DNA from: Candidatus Bathyarchaeota archaeon
GTDB lineage: Archaea; Thermoproteota; Bathyarchaeia; Bathyarchaeales; Bathycorpusculaceae
NCBI GenBank assembly: GCA_963717465.1
Contig: OY970340.1
Location: forward strand, 352,001 to 416,000
Reading direction: 5' to 3'
Length of the DNA stretch: 64,000 nucleotides
How positions within the stretch are numbered: the first letter of the stretch is position 1; every line of letters starts with the position of its first letter. The notes beneath the pieces were generated by a model. The model was not told where the DNA came from. It saw nothing but the letters and a program-made list of their open reading frames with translations, and ran no database searches. Shown here in pieces: positions 30,617-41,957 of the stretch. Made by a program: the position numbers and the translations under genes.

Positions 30617-31798
30617 GTGAAAGAATTGCATGGCAGAGTCGTCGTTAAATTCGGAGGCGCAGACCTCGCAACGGGCGAAAAAATCAGTCAAGCCGCCCAA
30701 CTGGTAGCCCAATCGCCATACAAGGAAATCGTAGTCGTTGTTTCTGCAATGGGTAAAATGACGGATAGCCTAGTCGAATCAGCAACGCTTATCGGCGTCT
30801 CAGAAGAGGATTACGCGGATATAATATCAATGGGCGAGAGAACAAGCGCCCGCGTCTTCTGCTCCTCGCTGCGAGCGCAAGGATTAAACGCTGAACTCTT
30901 CGACCCAGGCTTCCAAAACTGGCCCATAATAACAGACTCAAACTACCTAAACGCAAAACCAGACCTAGAAAAAACCCTCATGCTAACGGACAAGGAAGTT
31001 AAGCCGAAACTGGGAAAATCGGTTCCCGTCATGTGTGGTTTCCTTGGAAAAGACAAGAACGGCAAAATAACCACGCTTGGCCGAGGCGGAAGCGACACAA
31101 CAGCGCTTCTAATAGCCAAATGCATAGGCGCCGACGAAATCATACTTGTCAAGGAGACAAGCGGCGTAATGTCAGCAGACCCAAAAATCGTCCCAGAAGC
31201 AAAACCATTAAACAAACTCGACATCCACGAAATGTTCGACTTAGCCCAAGGCGGCGCAAAAATCATAAAACCCGAAGCCCTAAAATACAAACAGCCAGAC
31301 CAGACCATGCGAATCGTAAATTTCGCCTCAGGCAACTTAGCAGAAGGAGGCACCCAAATAACAGGCTCGTTCAACTTGAACTCGGTTGAAACACAATGCC
31401 ACGAAGGCCTAATAGCCATAAATATCATCTGCGAGGTCAACGCCCAAAACATAAGGGAGATTTTTTCTTCGCTTAACCAGAAGCCTGTCTACGGAGTCAG
31501 TTCCGGAAGGAAATCGGTAACCGTCTTCACCACCGACGGCGATGTTGGCCAGGTGCTAAAAAGACTTCATGCGATTGACGGTTTCAAAGCGATTAGTCAT
31601 CGAGAGAAAGTTGCGATGATTCAGCTCAGTCACCCACAATTTATTGATTCGCCAGGTGGCATAGCGAAAATTTCAGCCGCATTAAGCAGAGCTGGAATTA
31701 ACATTATTGAGGTTACAACTAGTAAGGCGACCATTAACGTTTTTATTGAAGAAAATCAACTCAAAAAGGCACAGGAAGCAATAAACGATGTCGTTTAA
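30617..31798 (+). CDS. lysC: Aspartate kinase with ACT domains
   Basis: VVKFGG, VVSAMG and [12 protein letters not shown]. Confidence 0.92.
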   Translation: MKELHGRVVVKFGGADLATGEKISQAAQLVAQSPYKEIVVVVSAMGKMTDSLVESATLIGVSEEDYADIISMGERTSARVFCSSLRAQGLNAELFDPGFQNWPIITDSNYLNAKPDLEKTLMLTDKEVKPKLGKSVPVMCGFLGKDKNGKITTLGRGGSDTTALLIAKCIGADEIILVKETSGVMSADPKIVPEAKPLNKLDIHEMFDLAQGGAKIIKPEALKYKQPDQTMRIVNFASGNLAEGGTQITGSFNLNSVETQCHEGLIAINIICEVNAQNIREIFSSLNQKPVYGVSSGRKSVTVFTTDGDVGQVLKRLHAIDGFKAISHREKVAMIQLSHPQFIDSPGGIAKISAALSRAGINIIEVTTSKATINVFIEENQLKKAQEAINDVV

Positions 31799-32847
31799 GC
31801 GCAAAGTAGCAGTTTTAGGCGCAACAGGAGCCGTTGGGCAACGGTTCATTACACTGTTGCAAAACCATCCATGGTTCAAAATTGAAGTATTAGCCGCATC
31901 AGAGCGGTCAGCAGGCAAAAAATTCAAAGACGCATGCAACTGGGTCATGGAAACAGACATGCCAAAAGAAATCAGTGAAATGCCAGTAGCATACACCGAC
32001 GTAGAATCTATCGAGGAACGCGGGAAAAGTAGACTTAGTCTTCTCATCTTTGCCAGGAGACTTAGCAGGCAAAGTTGAAGAAGAAATCGCAGCAGTTTAC
32101 CCGGTTTTAAGCAAGGCAAGCGCTCACCGAATGGAAAACGATGTCCCCTTGCTCATTCCAGAAATCAACCCAGACCATGCAGAGCTGATTCGGCTTCAGC
32201 AGAAGAATAGAGGCTGGAAAGGCTTCATCACAACCGATCCCAACTGCAGCACCATACAATTGGCAATTACGCTTAAGCCGCTTATGCAGTTCGGACTAAA
32301 ACAAGTGATCGTTACAACGATGCAAGCGTTAAGCGGAGCAGGATACCCAGGAGTAGCATCACTGGACATAATCGACAACGTAGTCCCGTACATTTCAAAG
32401 GAAGAGGAGAAAATGGAAGCCGAAGCCTACAAAATCCTCGGCAGCTTCGACGGAAAAAGCGTAAAGAACGCGGATTTCCAGTTAAGCGCCAGCTGCAACA
32501 GAGTCAACGTTAAAGATGGACACTTAGAATCAGTCTTCATCAAACTCGACCAGAATCCTTCGATGGAAGAGGTGGAAGCAGCCTTCGCCAAATTTAAGGG
32601 TGAACCACAAAAACTCAAACTACCCTCCGCACCAAAAAACCCAATCATCGTACGCAAGGAACCAAACCGACCACAACCACGCTACGATCGCGACACAGGC
32701 AACGGAATGAGCATCGTTGTTGGAAGGCTAAGAAAAGACCCAATCATGACCCTAAAGTACATGTGCCTGGGACATAACACTATTCGCGGCGGAGCAGGCG
32801 CAGGAATCCTAAGCGCTGAACTCTTAGTAGCCAAAGGCTTAGCCTAA
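31788..32847 (+). CDS. asd: Aspartate-semialdehyde dehydrogenase, one frameshift near 32025
   Basis: [23 protein letters not shown] and HNTIRG across two frames. Confidence 0.92.
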
Positions 32848-32886
32848 AAACACTCCATTAAAAACTTGGCAGGACGCGTTAAGGTT

Positions 32887-34179
32887 ATGGTTAAAAAAAA
32901 GCAGTCGCTCAACGAACCGTTAGAGAACCGAAAAGGCACTCTTTTCTTCGACGGAGTTTCAACCAGAGAGTTAGCGGAAAAATACGACACACCACTGTAC
33001 GTGATCAGCGAGAAACGTATAAGGGACAACTATGATCGCCTCCAAACCGCTTTAAACAAGAACTATGAAAGAGTGCGAATCTACTATGCCGCGAAAGCAA
33101 ACTCGAACCTTTCAGTTCTGAAAATACTGCAGTCAGAAGGCGCTTATTTGGATACAGTCAGCCCAGGCGAAATCTTCATGGCACTCACCAGCGGTTTTTC
33201 TCCAGACCGCATCCTATTCACGGGCACAAGCGTCCGAAATGACGAGTTAAAATTCCTCTCCGACGCAAAAGTTACAGTAAACATTGATTCTTTATCCGAA
33301 CTTGAAAGACTGATGAAATTTGCAGTGCCACCTGTCTTGTCGGTTCGAGTTAACCCAGAAGTTGGTGCAGGACACCATAGCCACTGCATAACAGCTGGTC
33401 CAGAATCAAAATTTGGATTATTCGAAGACGATGCTATAAAAGCGTATGAGTTAGCAAAGAAGGCAAGAGTGGAAAGGTTCGGGATACACATGCATGTTGG
33501 TTCAGGCATCCTTGATGTGGAACCGTACCTATTGGCACTTGAGAAGCTTTTGGATGTAGCCAAAAAAGTGCATGAGCAAGTAGGCGTGGACTTCGAATTC
33601 ATAGACATCGGCGGCGGAATCGGAGTTCCATACAAACCCGATGATACAGAATTAGATTTAGCACTATTCTCCAGTAAAGTAATTGTCCTTATTCAAGAGT
33701 AAGGTTAAGGAGTATGGTCTTGGCAAACCGTTGCTTTACTTGGAGCCAGGCAGATACCTTGTCTGCGATGCAAGCATCCTCTTAACAAGCGTTAACACTG
33801 TAAAGGTAACGCCTTCCAAGAAATTTCGTCGGAGTAGACGCTGGCTTTAACACGCTGATCAGGCCGACAATGTACGGCTCATACCACCCCATAATAGTAG
33901 CTAACAAAGTGGGCGCTCCGGAAAAAGAAACGTATGATGTGGTTGGGTCCAATCTGCGAGTCAGGAGACGCTCTCGCTAAAGACCGAAAACTGCCAGCGA
34001 TTGATGAAGGTGACTTGCTGGCTGTTTTAAATGCTGGAGCGTACGGGTACTCAATGAGTTCACAGTACAATTCCCGACCGAGAGCCGCAGAAGTTCTTAT
34101 AAGAAAAGACAAACCAGTACTGGTCAGGGAACGAGAACAACTTGACAATTTAATGTATGGTCAACAATTGGCGGAGTGA
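32887..34179 (+). CDS. lysA: Diaminopimelate decarboxylase, frameshifts near 33681, 33826 and 33945
   Basis: [32 protein letters not shown] and GAYG. Confidence 0.92.
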
Positions 34180-35022
34180 AAATTATGAAGTTTTGGAAAA
34201 TGCATGGTTTAGGAAACGATTACATCGTAATAGATAATAGAGACCAAAAAATAGATGAGAAAAACGCTTCTAAATTAGCCAAAAAACTCTGCGAAAGACA
34301 CTTCTCAATAGGCGCAGATGGACTGCTTTTAGTTTCAAATTCCACGGTTGCTGATGTTAAAATGCAGATTTTCAACGCTGACGGCAGCCAAGCAGAAATG
34401 TGCGGAAACGGCATACGCTGCTTCGCAAAATACTGCTTCGAAAACAAAATCACAAACAAAACCGAATTCTCAGTGGAAACCCTGGCGGGAGTAAAGAAGG
34501 TTTGGTTAACCCTCGCTAATCAAACTGTTAAAACGATTAAGGTTGATATGGGCAAGCCTGATTGGGATAGGAAAGCGTTGCCCATGCAGGGTGAGGGTAC
34601 ATGCATATACCAAGACCTTGAAGTAGAAGAAGGCGAACACTACAATGTCACTTGCCTTTCATTGGGAAATCCGCATTGCATCATATTCGTGGAGAATGTG
34701 GATGAGTTTCCAGTAGAATACGTCGGTCCACTTATTGAAAATCATGAAGTTTTTCCCAAGAGAACAAACGTTGGCTTTAGCCAAGTTTTAAACAAGAACG
34801 AGACTAAAGCTGAGAGTTTGGGAGCGAGGCTGCGGAGAAACATTAGCCTGCGGAACAGGCGCTTGCGCAGCTGCTGCAGCAGCAAACAACCTAAGAAAAG
34901 TAGGCAACAAAGTCACAGTTCATGTTCGCGGCGGAGACCTGCAAGTGGAAATTTCAGAAAATTTGTATTTAAGCGGACCCGCAGAGAAAGTTTTCGAAGG
35001 AACATTGTTCCAAGAGGTTTAA
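34176..35022 (+). CDS. dapF: Diaminopimelate epimerase, frameshift near 34803
   Basis: [21 protein letters not shown], then [17 protein letters not shown] in the shifted frame. Confidence 0.93.
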
Positions 35023-35025
35023 AAC

Positions 35026-36186
35026 GTGACATTCGAGTACGCTGATCGAATCAAGCGTTTGCCACCATACTTGTTTGCTGAAATAGAAAAACAAATCAAA
35101 GAAAAAAAGGCCCAAGGAGTCGACCTCATCTCTCTAAGCATCGGTGACCCCGATTTGCCGCCGCCCCAGTTTGTGATTGACGCGTTGCGTGAAGAGGCTT
35201 CAAACCTCAAGAACCATAATTACTCATTTAGTCAAGGTGAACCTGATTTTCGAGAGGCTGTTGTGGGCTGGTGCAAGAAACGCTTCAACGTTGACTTGGA
35301 GCATGATCAGGTTGTTGCTCTTTTAGGCAGTAAAGAAGGTATAGCAAACGTGGCGAGGGCATTCGTGAATCATGGTGACCGTGTTTTGGTGCCTGACCCT
35401 GCGTACCCAGTTTACGCGAACGGCAGCACGATTCTGAGCGATGGTGTTCCAGTTGTTATGCCGCTTCTTGAGGAGAACGGGTTTAAACCTGACTTTGAAA
35501 CGCTCAATGCCAACGGTGCGAAGATGATGTTTCTGAATTACCCCAACAACCCTACAGCCGCCACTGTAGGCAAAAAATTCCTTAGAGAAGCAGTGGACTA
35601 TGCGAAGGACAATAACATTATCCTTTGTTACGACAATGCTTATTCAGAAATCAGTTATGATGGTTACAGGGCGCCAAGCATTCTTGAAGTTGACGGAGCA
35701 ATGGATGTAGCAGTGGAGTTTCATTCATTATCAAAAACCTTCAATATGACAGGCGACCGAATAGCGTTTGCCGTTGGAAACAAGCAGATTATCAGCGGCT
35801 TAACAAAAGTCAAATCCCAAATCGATTCAGGTCCACCAGTTTACACTCAAAAAGTAGCAATCAAAGCTTTAGGCGCTTACACCAATGCTGACCCGCCAAA
35901 ATTCTTGCAGAAAACAAACAGGATATACGAAGAGCGACGAGACCTACTTGTCAAAACCCTTCACAATATGGATCTTAAATGCGAAAAACCAAAAGCAACA
36001 TTCTACGTTTGGGCAAACTGCAAAGGAGATTCAATGAAGTTTGCATCAAAACTCTTGGACGTAGGAGTAGCAGTTACTCCAGGCGTTGGATTCGGCAAGT
36101 ACGGCGAAGGATACGTACGAATAACGTTTACTCAGCCAAAAGAAAGAATAAAGGAAGCCTGCAAAAGAATCGCCAGTGCCTTCTAA
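35026..36186 (+). CDS. dapL: LL-diaminopimelate aminotransferase
   Basis: PPYLFAEI, GSKEG, NYPNNPT, DNAYSE and SLSKTFNMTGDR; last gene of the dap operon. Confidence 0.85.
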   Translation: MTFEYADRIKRLPPYLFAEIEKQIKEKKAQGVDLISLSIGDPDLPPPQFVIDALREEASNLKNHNYSFSQGEPDFREAVVGWCKKRFNVDLEHDQVVALLGSKEGIANVARAFVNHGDRVLVPDPAYPVYANGSTILSDGVPVVMPLLEENGFKPDFETLNANGAKMMFLNYPNNPTAATVGKKFLREAVDYAKDNNIILCYDNAYSEISYDGYRAPSILEVDGAMDVAVEFHSLSKTFNMTGDRIAFAVGNKQIISGLTKVKSQIDSGPPVYTQKVAIKALGAYTNADPPKFLQKTNRIYEERRDLLVKTLHNMDLKCEKPKATFYVWANCKGDSMKFASKLLDVGVAVTPGVGFGKYGEGYVRITFTQPKERIKEACKRIASAF

Positions 36187-36238
36187 CCTGCAAAAATGTG
36201 TTTTACTTCTTTTTGCTATTTTTGTAAAATTTTCGTTT

Positions 36239-36478
36239 TTAACGTTGTTGTGTAGGTTCTTTATTGCCTTTTTGTTTATTCCAGTTTTCTTGAAGCTTTT
36301 CGGCAAGATTGCCATCTTCAAGAATTACCGGGCCACGGTACCCGCAATTTCTGCAGTCCCATAACGACCATAACTGTGGCATACCACGAGCCCAAAAGAC
36401 ATCTGTTGAACCACAATTCGGGCAGAATTTAATCGAAAATTTTCGTTTATCACTTTTTTTGGTTGATTCGCCTGTCAA
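36239..36478 (-). CDS. Small Zn-ribbon protein
   Basis: CPNCGS...WDCRNCGY. Confidence 0.7.
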   Translation of the reverse strand: MTGESTKKSDKRKFSIKFCPNCGSTDVFWARGMPQLWSLWDCRNCGYRGPVILEDGNLAEKLQENWNKQKGNKEPTQQR

Positions 36479-36657
36479 CAGGTACCCCTAAATTCGCTTT
36501 TGACGCATTCTCTTATTAAGCTATACTGTTCAGGAGTGAAAAGTTCTTCTTTGCATTTTGGACATTTGAGCGCCTTTACGTTTCTCAGTATTGTATCACC
36601 GTATTCAAAGTCAACTGTAGTTTCCACATATTTCGTTTTGCATTTTGGGCAATTCAT
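36475..36657 (-). CDS. YgiT/MqsA-type zinc-finger protein, antitoxin-like
   Basis: MNCPKC...NVKALKCPKCKEELFT. Confidence 0.72.
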   Translation of the reverse strand: MNCPKCKTKYVETTVDFEYGDTILRNVKALKCPKCKEELFTPEQYSLIRECVKSEFRGTC

Positions 36658-36872
36658 TTTTTCACTTCATTTTTGTTACTGTTATTATGATTGTGAATTC
36701 TGCGGTTCCTTGGCAGACTTCTGTCCGTGCATATTTCTTGTTTTAGAAGATAAGCGTGTTTCTTTGCTTTGTTTTTTTGTCACTCGTTGATATTCTTTGA
36801 ATTGGCTCTAATTTTAAGTTTTACTAATTTTCTAAAAGTTTAGGTTGTAGGCTAAAAAAATGACTTTGGCGA

Positions 36873-37809
36873 TTATTTGGAACTTGCTTTTGCAAGTTTC
36901 TTTAGAATCGCTCCTTTCCCAATCTCGTAGGCGATTGAGTAGTCGAAGAGTCCTTGTGGTTCAGCGGTTGCACGCTTTATCATTTCTGTTTCAATCTTTA
37001 TTTTTAGTTTGCCGATAGCTAATGCGCCTATGCCGTAAACGCTTGGTTTAAGTTCTTTTCCATCATCGTTTGAGTCTATGCCTTCAACACCGAGTGGTTT
37101 GATCGCATTGATATCAGCAATTATTTTTGCGTTTTTAGCATAAGCCTCCAAATCGCTTAGCTGAAAGCAACTGTATTCCACCAGCGCCAGCAGACAGAAT
37201 AATATCTGCAAACTCTAATGCTAATCCAAGTTGCTGAGGAATAGTGATTTCAACAGCTTTAACTGCTTCTGCACCAACTTCCTTGTTAATCTTGTCAGCT
37301 ACAGCTTGACCTTTTACCAATGAGCGGGAAGTAATTATTACGTGAGCTTTTTCGGAAGCGTAAATTCTTGCCGCTGTTTGCCCAACTGGTCCTGTTCCAG
37401 CTAGAACCGTTACGTTTTTGCCTTCTAAGGTTCCAAGACCCTTCTCTAGTGATACGCCAAGGGTTTTTGCTACTGCGCCTGCCGCTGTGGAATAGCCGCC
37501 TCGTGGGTCAACGATTATCGAGTTTCCCCATGGTGCTGAAGCCATGCATTTCTGGGTTGCCGCCACGACTTCGCTAACCATGTCAAAGTTGCTTCCATTA
37601 ATGAATATTTTAGTGTGTTTCGCGCCTTCAGGTCCTCGTGGGAAAAGAGCATCTAACACTATTTTGGCAGCATCTTCGCTTGTTACGTTTTCATATTTGA
37701 ATATCGTTGAATCAGGAAAAGAATCCAATGCTACCAGCATGTCAAATGGACTACAATATTTATCGGTATCTAGGAAAACAAAAACTGTTTTGAAACTTGG
37801 TTGTGTCAT
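36873..37809 (-). CDS. NAD(P)-dependent methylene-tetrahydromethanopterin dehydrogenase (MtdA/MtdB-like), frameshift near 37163
   Basis: SPFD, FPRGPEG..TKIFING, DPRGGYSTAAGAV, GTGPVG, DINAIKPLGVEG and GALAIGKLK. Confidence 0.8.
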
Positions 37810-37949
37810 ATTTATACCCTAACCTGACGTTGTAGGATGCAGCTTTAAGATTTAGAGTTTTCGACGATTTATCCGACCAATTGAATGTTGATTCTGTATG
37901 AAAACATTTTTTTTAAAATTCTAATTTCTAAGCGAAACTTAAGGTGCAG

Positions 37950-38663
37950 TCATTTTGCTCTTTCCCAGTAAAAGAGAAACAAGTCTTTTATCCAGTTTGT
38001 AAATGCTGGGTCGCTTCCACTAAAACTGGCATAGTCCACTCTTCCATCAACGAAGCGAAAGCATATGGCTGCCTCTTTTTCGGTGAACGCAAGAATGACT
38101 GGGCTGTTCAAAATGGTTCTGTTTTCAAGATTGGGCAGTTTTATTGGCGGTTGCGGCGAAAGGATTTTGTATTGGACGCCTTTCGGAATTTGTTTAGCTA
38201 TATCTTCAAACGGTTGATCCATGGGCTCAGCACTGATTCCCCACATGTACTTCTCGGCTTGCCAAATCATCTGCGAAGACCTAGTTGTGCTCTCTAACAA
38301 GCCCATTCTCAGGGTTGCCTGTGAAAGTTCGCCAATTCTGTTTACAAATTGCTCAGGAAGCCGCCAGAAGTCATGGCTTAAAATGTATTGTTTGTTCTTT
38401 AGGGCGAATTCCATAACATAAACGAAATGCAATTCTAATTTGCCGTATTGAGTGATGGCATAGGAGCCGTCAGGTTGCCTTTGAATAAGTGAAGTTGAGC
38501 TTAAACGTTCAAGTTGTCTAAAGGCTTCTGTTGCAGTTAAATTTAGACGACGAGCGATTTCCTGCATTTTCAGGTTCGAAGTTTGCAATTCGCGCAATAT
38601 GTCGAGCCTACTTTTATTTGCAAACTCAAAGAATAATCTCTCTACTTCTTCCGCGTTTTCCAA
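37950..38663 (-). CDS. ArsR-type wHTH transcriptional regulator with C-terminal sensory domain
   Basis: ANKSRLDIL...TEAFRQLERL, HDFWRLP and WIKDLFLFYW. Confidence 0.8.
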   Translation of the reverse strand: MENAEEVERLFFEFANKSRLDILRELQTSNLKMQEIARRLNLTATEAFRQLERLSSTSLIQRQPDGSYAITQYGKLELHFVYVMEFALKNKQYILSHDFWRLPEQFVNRIGELSQATLRMGLLESTTRSSQMIWQAEKYMWGISAEPMDQPFEDIAKQIPKGVQYKILSPQPPIKLPNLENRTILNSPVILAFTEKEAAICFRFVDGRVDYASFSGSDPAFTNWIKDLFLFYWERAK

Positions 38664-38769
38664 GTCGCTTACCTGCTAATAATTTCTAGCCACTGTGTAA
38701 TATTACACATTGCGTTCAAATAAAACTAATCACATTTCAGGCTTTCTTACTATTTTGAGGCAAGAAAAA

Positions 38770-39033
38770 ATGGAAAACAACACAAACAAAACACGGCTCT
38801 TTTCCGTGGAACTAAAATCTAAAGCAAACCTCAGAAGCATTATGATGACAAACGGCAACTCAACTGAAGGCGTTATGATTGAGGGTGTGCTCGGTGAACT
38901 GCTGAAAGCTCGTTTTGCAGAAGAGATAATCTTGGAAGTCATCGGGACTAATGGCATTCTGCGCGTGGATCTTAGGGCAAGCGAGATAACTAAGCTAAAG
39001 TTGGAAAACGAAACGGAAGGCGAAAAGCTATGA
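38770..39033 (+). CDS. Hypothetical protein
   Basis: 87-aa ORF divergent from the regulator; ATGA overlap with the next gene. Confidence 0.65.
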   Translation: MENNTNKTRLFSVELKSKANLRSIMMTNGNSTEGVMIEGVLGELLKARFAEEIILEVIGTNGILRVDLRASEITKLKLENETEGEKL

Positions 39034-39233
39034 ACGCTTTAGGCTTCGTCTTTATTTTTATAATGGTCATATTAACTATTGCAACTATAAAGACGGCAAT
39101 ACCTGACTCAAACGGCAGACTAAACCTAATAGGATACAGAACCTGTTGTCCCTTCGCTCCCGCAAGCACTGCAATTGGCATCGCGGCAGTCATTATCCTA
39201 TTCATTGTGGCAAAGAGAATAACGCTTTTTTGA
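39030..39233 (+). CDS. Small 2-TM membrane protein
   Basis: Two hydrophobic segments flanking LIGYRTCCPFAP. Confidence 0.6.
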   Translation: MNALGFVFIFIMVILTIATIKTAIPDSNGRLNLIGYRTCCPFAPASTAIGIAAVIILFIVAKRITLF

Positions 39234-39443
39234 AACATTCAAAAAAAAAGGCTGTGAAGACGTTGAAAGCATCGCTTAACGACCTAACTTTCTTTTGTCA
39301 TCAATGAGTTAACTTCAGTATCATTCTTGAGCAGACGGAAGTAACATGGAAAACAAACAGACGAAGAAGTACCAGAACCTCAAACCACAATTGTTTAATA
39401 ACTTAGCCAGCGTCTTAATTAACAAATTTGGGAAGTCAGGTAA

Positions 39444-40490
39444 ATGGCGACAAACGAAACTTTAGAAAAACTCTCGAACGCTTGCGGCGTGACCGGCAGA
39501 GAAGAAGAAGTTCAAAAATTAATGATTAATTACATGAAGCCCCATGTCGACGAAGTATCAACGGATAAGCTTGAAAACGTCATTGGAATTAGAAAGGGAA
39601 AAAAATCTGCGTTAAAAATTATGCTTGCCGCTCACATGGATGAAGTCGGCTTAATGGTGAAAACAGTTACTAAAGAAGGATTTATACAGTTCATGAAGAT
39701 GGGTGGAATAGACGATAGAATACTGCCGGCCCAAAAAGTAATAGTCTACACAAAAAAAGGTTCCCTACCAGGAATAATTGGGTCAAAGCCGCCGCACATT
39801 CAAAAAGAAGAGGAAAGGAAAAAAGTCTTGGCTTTCGATGAACTTTTCATCGATATTGGAGCAGAAAGCAAAGATGATGCGGCAGCATTAGGAGTATCAA
39901 TTGGTGACCCAGTTGGTTTTGACGTTAAATACGAAAATTTAGGCAAGAACATTGTAATGGGCAAAGCATTTGATAATCGCGCAGGCTGCTTAGTACTAAT
40001 TGAAACCCTAAAATTACTTAAAGAAAACTGACTGCACAATCTGCGCAGTCGGCACGGTTCAGGAAGAAGTCGGATTACGCGGCGCTGGAACAGCAGCTTT
40101 CGGCATTGACCCTGACGTTGCCTTAGCATTGGACGTAACTGTAGCTGGCGACGTTCCAGGAGTAAAAGAAACCGATACAAGCGTAAAAATGGGTAAAGGA
40201 CCAACGCTAACAATTTCAGATTCAGGATTAATCACTAGCCCAAAGATTCTCAAGATGGCTAGTGGAAACGGCTGAAAAAGAAAAAATTCCTTTTCAAGTC
40301 GAGTCAGGAATACTCGGTTCAACTGATGCGGCAAGAATATCATTAACCCGACAAGGCATTCCAAGCAGCTGCAATATCTGTTCCAACCCGCTACATTCAC
40401 AGTCCAGTAGGAATTCTCAACTTAAAGGATATAGAAAACTCGGCGAAGCTTGCCGCAGCAGCAATTGGCAACATTGCAAAACACTTCTAA
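39444..40490 (+). CDS. M42 (TET-like) aminopeptidase with about three frameshifts
   Basis: [33 protein letters not shown] and RYIHSP. Confidence 0.9.
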
Positions 40491-40561
40491 CAATTAACAT
40501 AAAAGGTTAATCCGAAATTTTTTTAAAAGTACTTACTTACTTTTAGTATAAGGTTAAATCG

Positions 40562-41000
40562 ATGGATTTCACGGGCAAATTCGAGTTTTTAGAACATACT
40601 GCAGACGTTTACATCAGGGCTCATGGGAAAACGATGGAGGAAGCTTACGAGAACGCTGCACTTGCAATGTTCGAAACAATAACTGACACTGGAAAAAGTT
40701 TCACAATCCGAAGAGGACTATGTGGAAGTTGAAGCGGAAGATCAATACGCGCTGCTTTATAATTGGCTTGAAGCCTTGCTTGTTAACTCTGAAACCAAAG
40801 AAATGCTTTACTCGAAATTTCAAATAACAAAACTGGAAGAAAACACTGAAGGATTCAAAATTAAAGCTAAAATTTGGGGAGAAAAATTTTCTCCAGAAAA
40901 ACACCCGCAGAAAGTCGCAGTGAAAGCCGTGACTTATCATTTAATGGTGATAATAAGAGAAACAGATAGAGTACTTTTAGAGTTCATCTTAGACATTTAA
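40562..41000 (+). CDS. Archease (RtcB cofactor), frameshift near 40700
   Basis: FEFLEHTADV at the N-terminus, VKAVTYH, and C-terminal ILDI. Confidence 0.92.
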
Positions 41001-41003
41001 CAT

Positions 41004-41657
41004 CTAAACTAGTTTTTTCTTTTTTAGTTCAGCAATCATTTTATCAACCATAGGTTCCGGCGGCGAATCAATGGATGTTGTTTCGGACGTTATGAAGGGC
41101 ACTTTCTTTTCCTTGAAGAACTGAATAAGCGGACTGGTTTGTTCCTCATAGACTTTAAGCCTGTTCTTTATTACTTCTTCATTGTCGTCTGAACGCTGAT
41201 ACAACGGTCCACCGCATTTGTCGCATTTTCCTTCAACTTTTGGTTTTAAGAATCGAATGTTGTAGACTTCTCCGCAGTTACGGCATATCCTCCTGGTAGA
41301 CAAGCGCTCAATGATAATAGAATCAGGAACATTGAGGAGCAAAATAACATCGATTTTGGTTATCGAATCCAAGATTTTTGCTTGAGCCAAAGTTCTTGGG
41401 TAACCATCAAAAATGAAGCCTTTCTTATTTCTTTGCCCAGATAATTTTTCCTTTAAAACTTCAACTACCACGTCATCAGGGACAAGTTGTCCTTTTTCAA
41501 GGTAAACTTTAACTTTCTTTCCTAACGCAGTGTCCTGCTTAACTATTTCTCGGAAAATGTCACCCATTGCAATAATACTTACTCCAAGCTTAGCTTGAAG
41601 CCTTGACGCCATAGTTCCTTTTCCAGCTCCAGGCGCTCCAAAGATTATCGCGTTCAA
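41004..41657 (-). CDS. adk: Adenylate kinase, bacterial type with Zn LID
   Basis: GAPGAGKGT, GDIFRE, DGYPRT, CRNCG/CDKCG and QRSDD. Confidence 0.93.
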   Translation of the reverse strand: MNAIIFGAPGAGKGTMASRLQAKLGVSIIAMGDIFREIVKQDTALGKKVKVYLEKGQLVPDDVVVEVLKEKLSGQRNKKGFIFDGYPRTLAQAKILDSITKIDVILLLNVPDSIIIERLSTRRICRNCGEVYNIRFLKPKVEGKCDKCGGPLYQRSDDNEEVIKNRLKVYEEQTSPLIQFFKEKKVPFITSETTSIDSPPEPMVDKMIAELKKKKLV

Positions 41658-41957
41658 ACCCTTTCTAACTCCATTTTAGCAATTTCAAAGGTGACAACGC
41701 ATAATTAAGTATTCGCCGAATTTTTCGCAATAAACCATCCATTTTTTGTTATTTTCCCCGCTGGTTTCCCGTTTCTCACGAATTATCTGTTGTCGGCACA
41801 CCATGTAAACCGTCACTTAGCAAGTCAGATGCCACAGCCTGTTAACTAAATAAGTACTTAGACCTTAGAAATCATCCCTGATGTAAACGGCGTTAAAATC
41901 CACTAACCTTAAATTGGAAGCTAAACAATATCTCAATTAGTTGTAATTTTAATAAAA

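Noticed and set aside
30943..33635. Long antisense ORFs over the dap operon and other core genes
   Set aside because: Shadow frames of well-supported genes, with no motifs of their own
31788..35022. Programmed frameshifting in asd, lysA and dapF
   Set aside because: No shared slippery site, and indels are scattered across unrelated genes, consistent with sequence error
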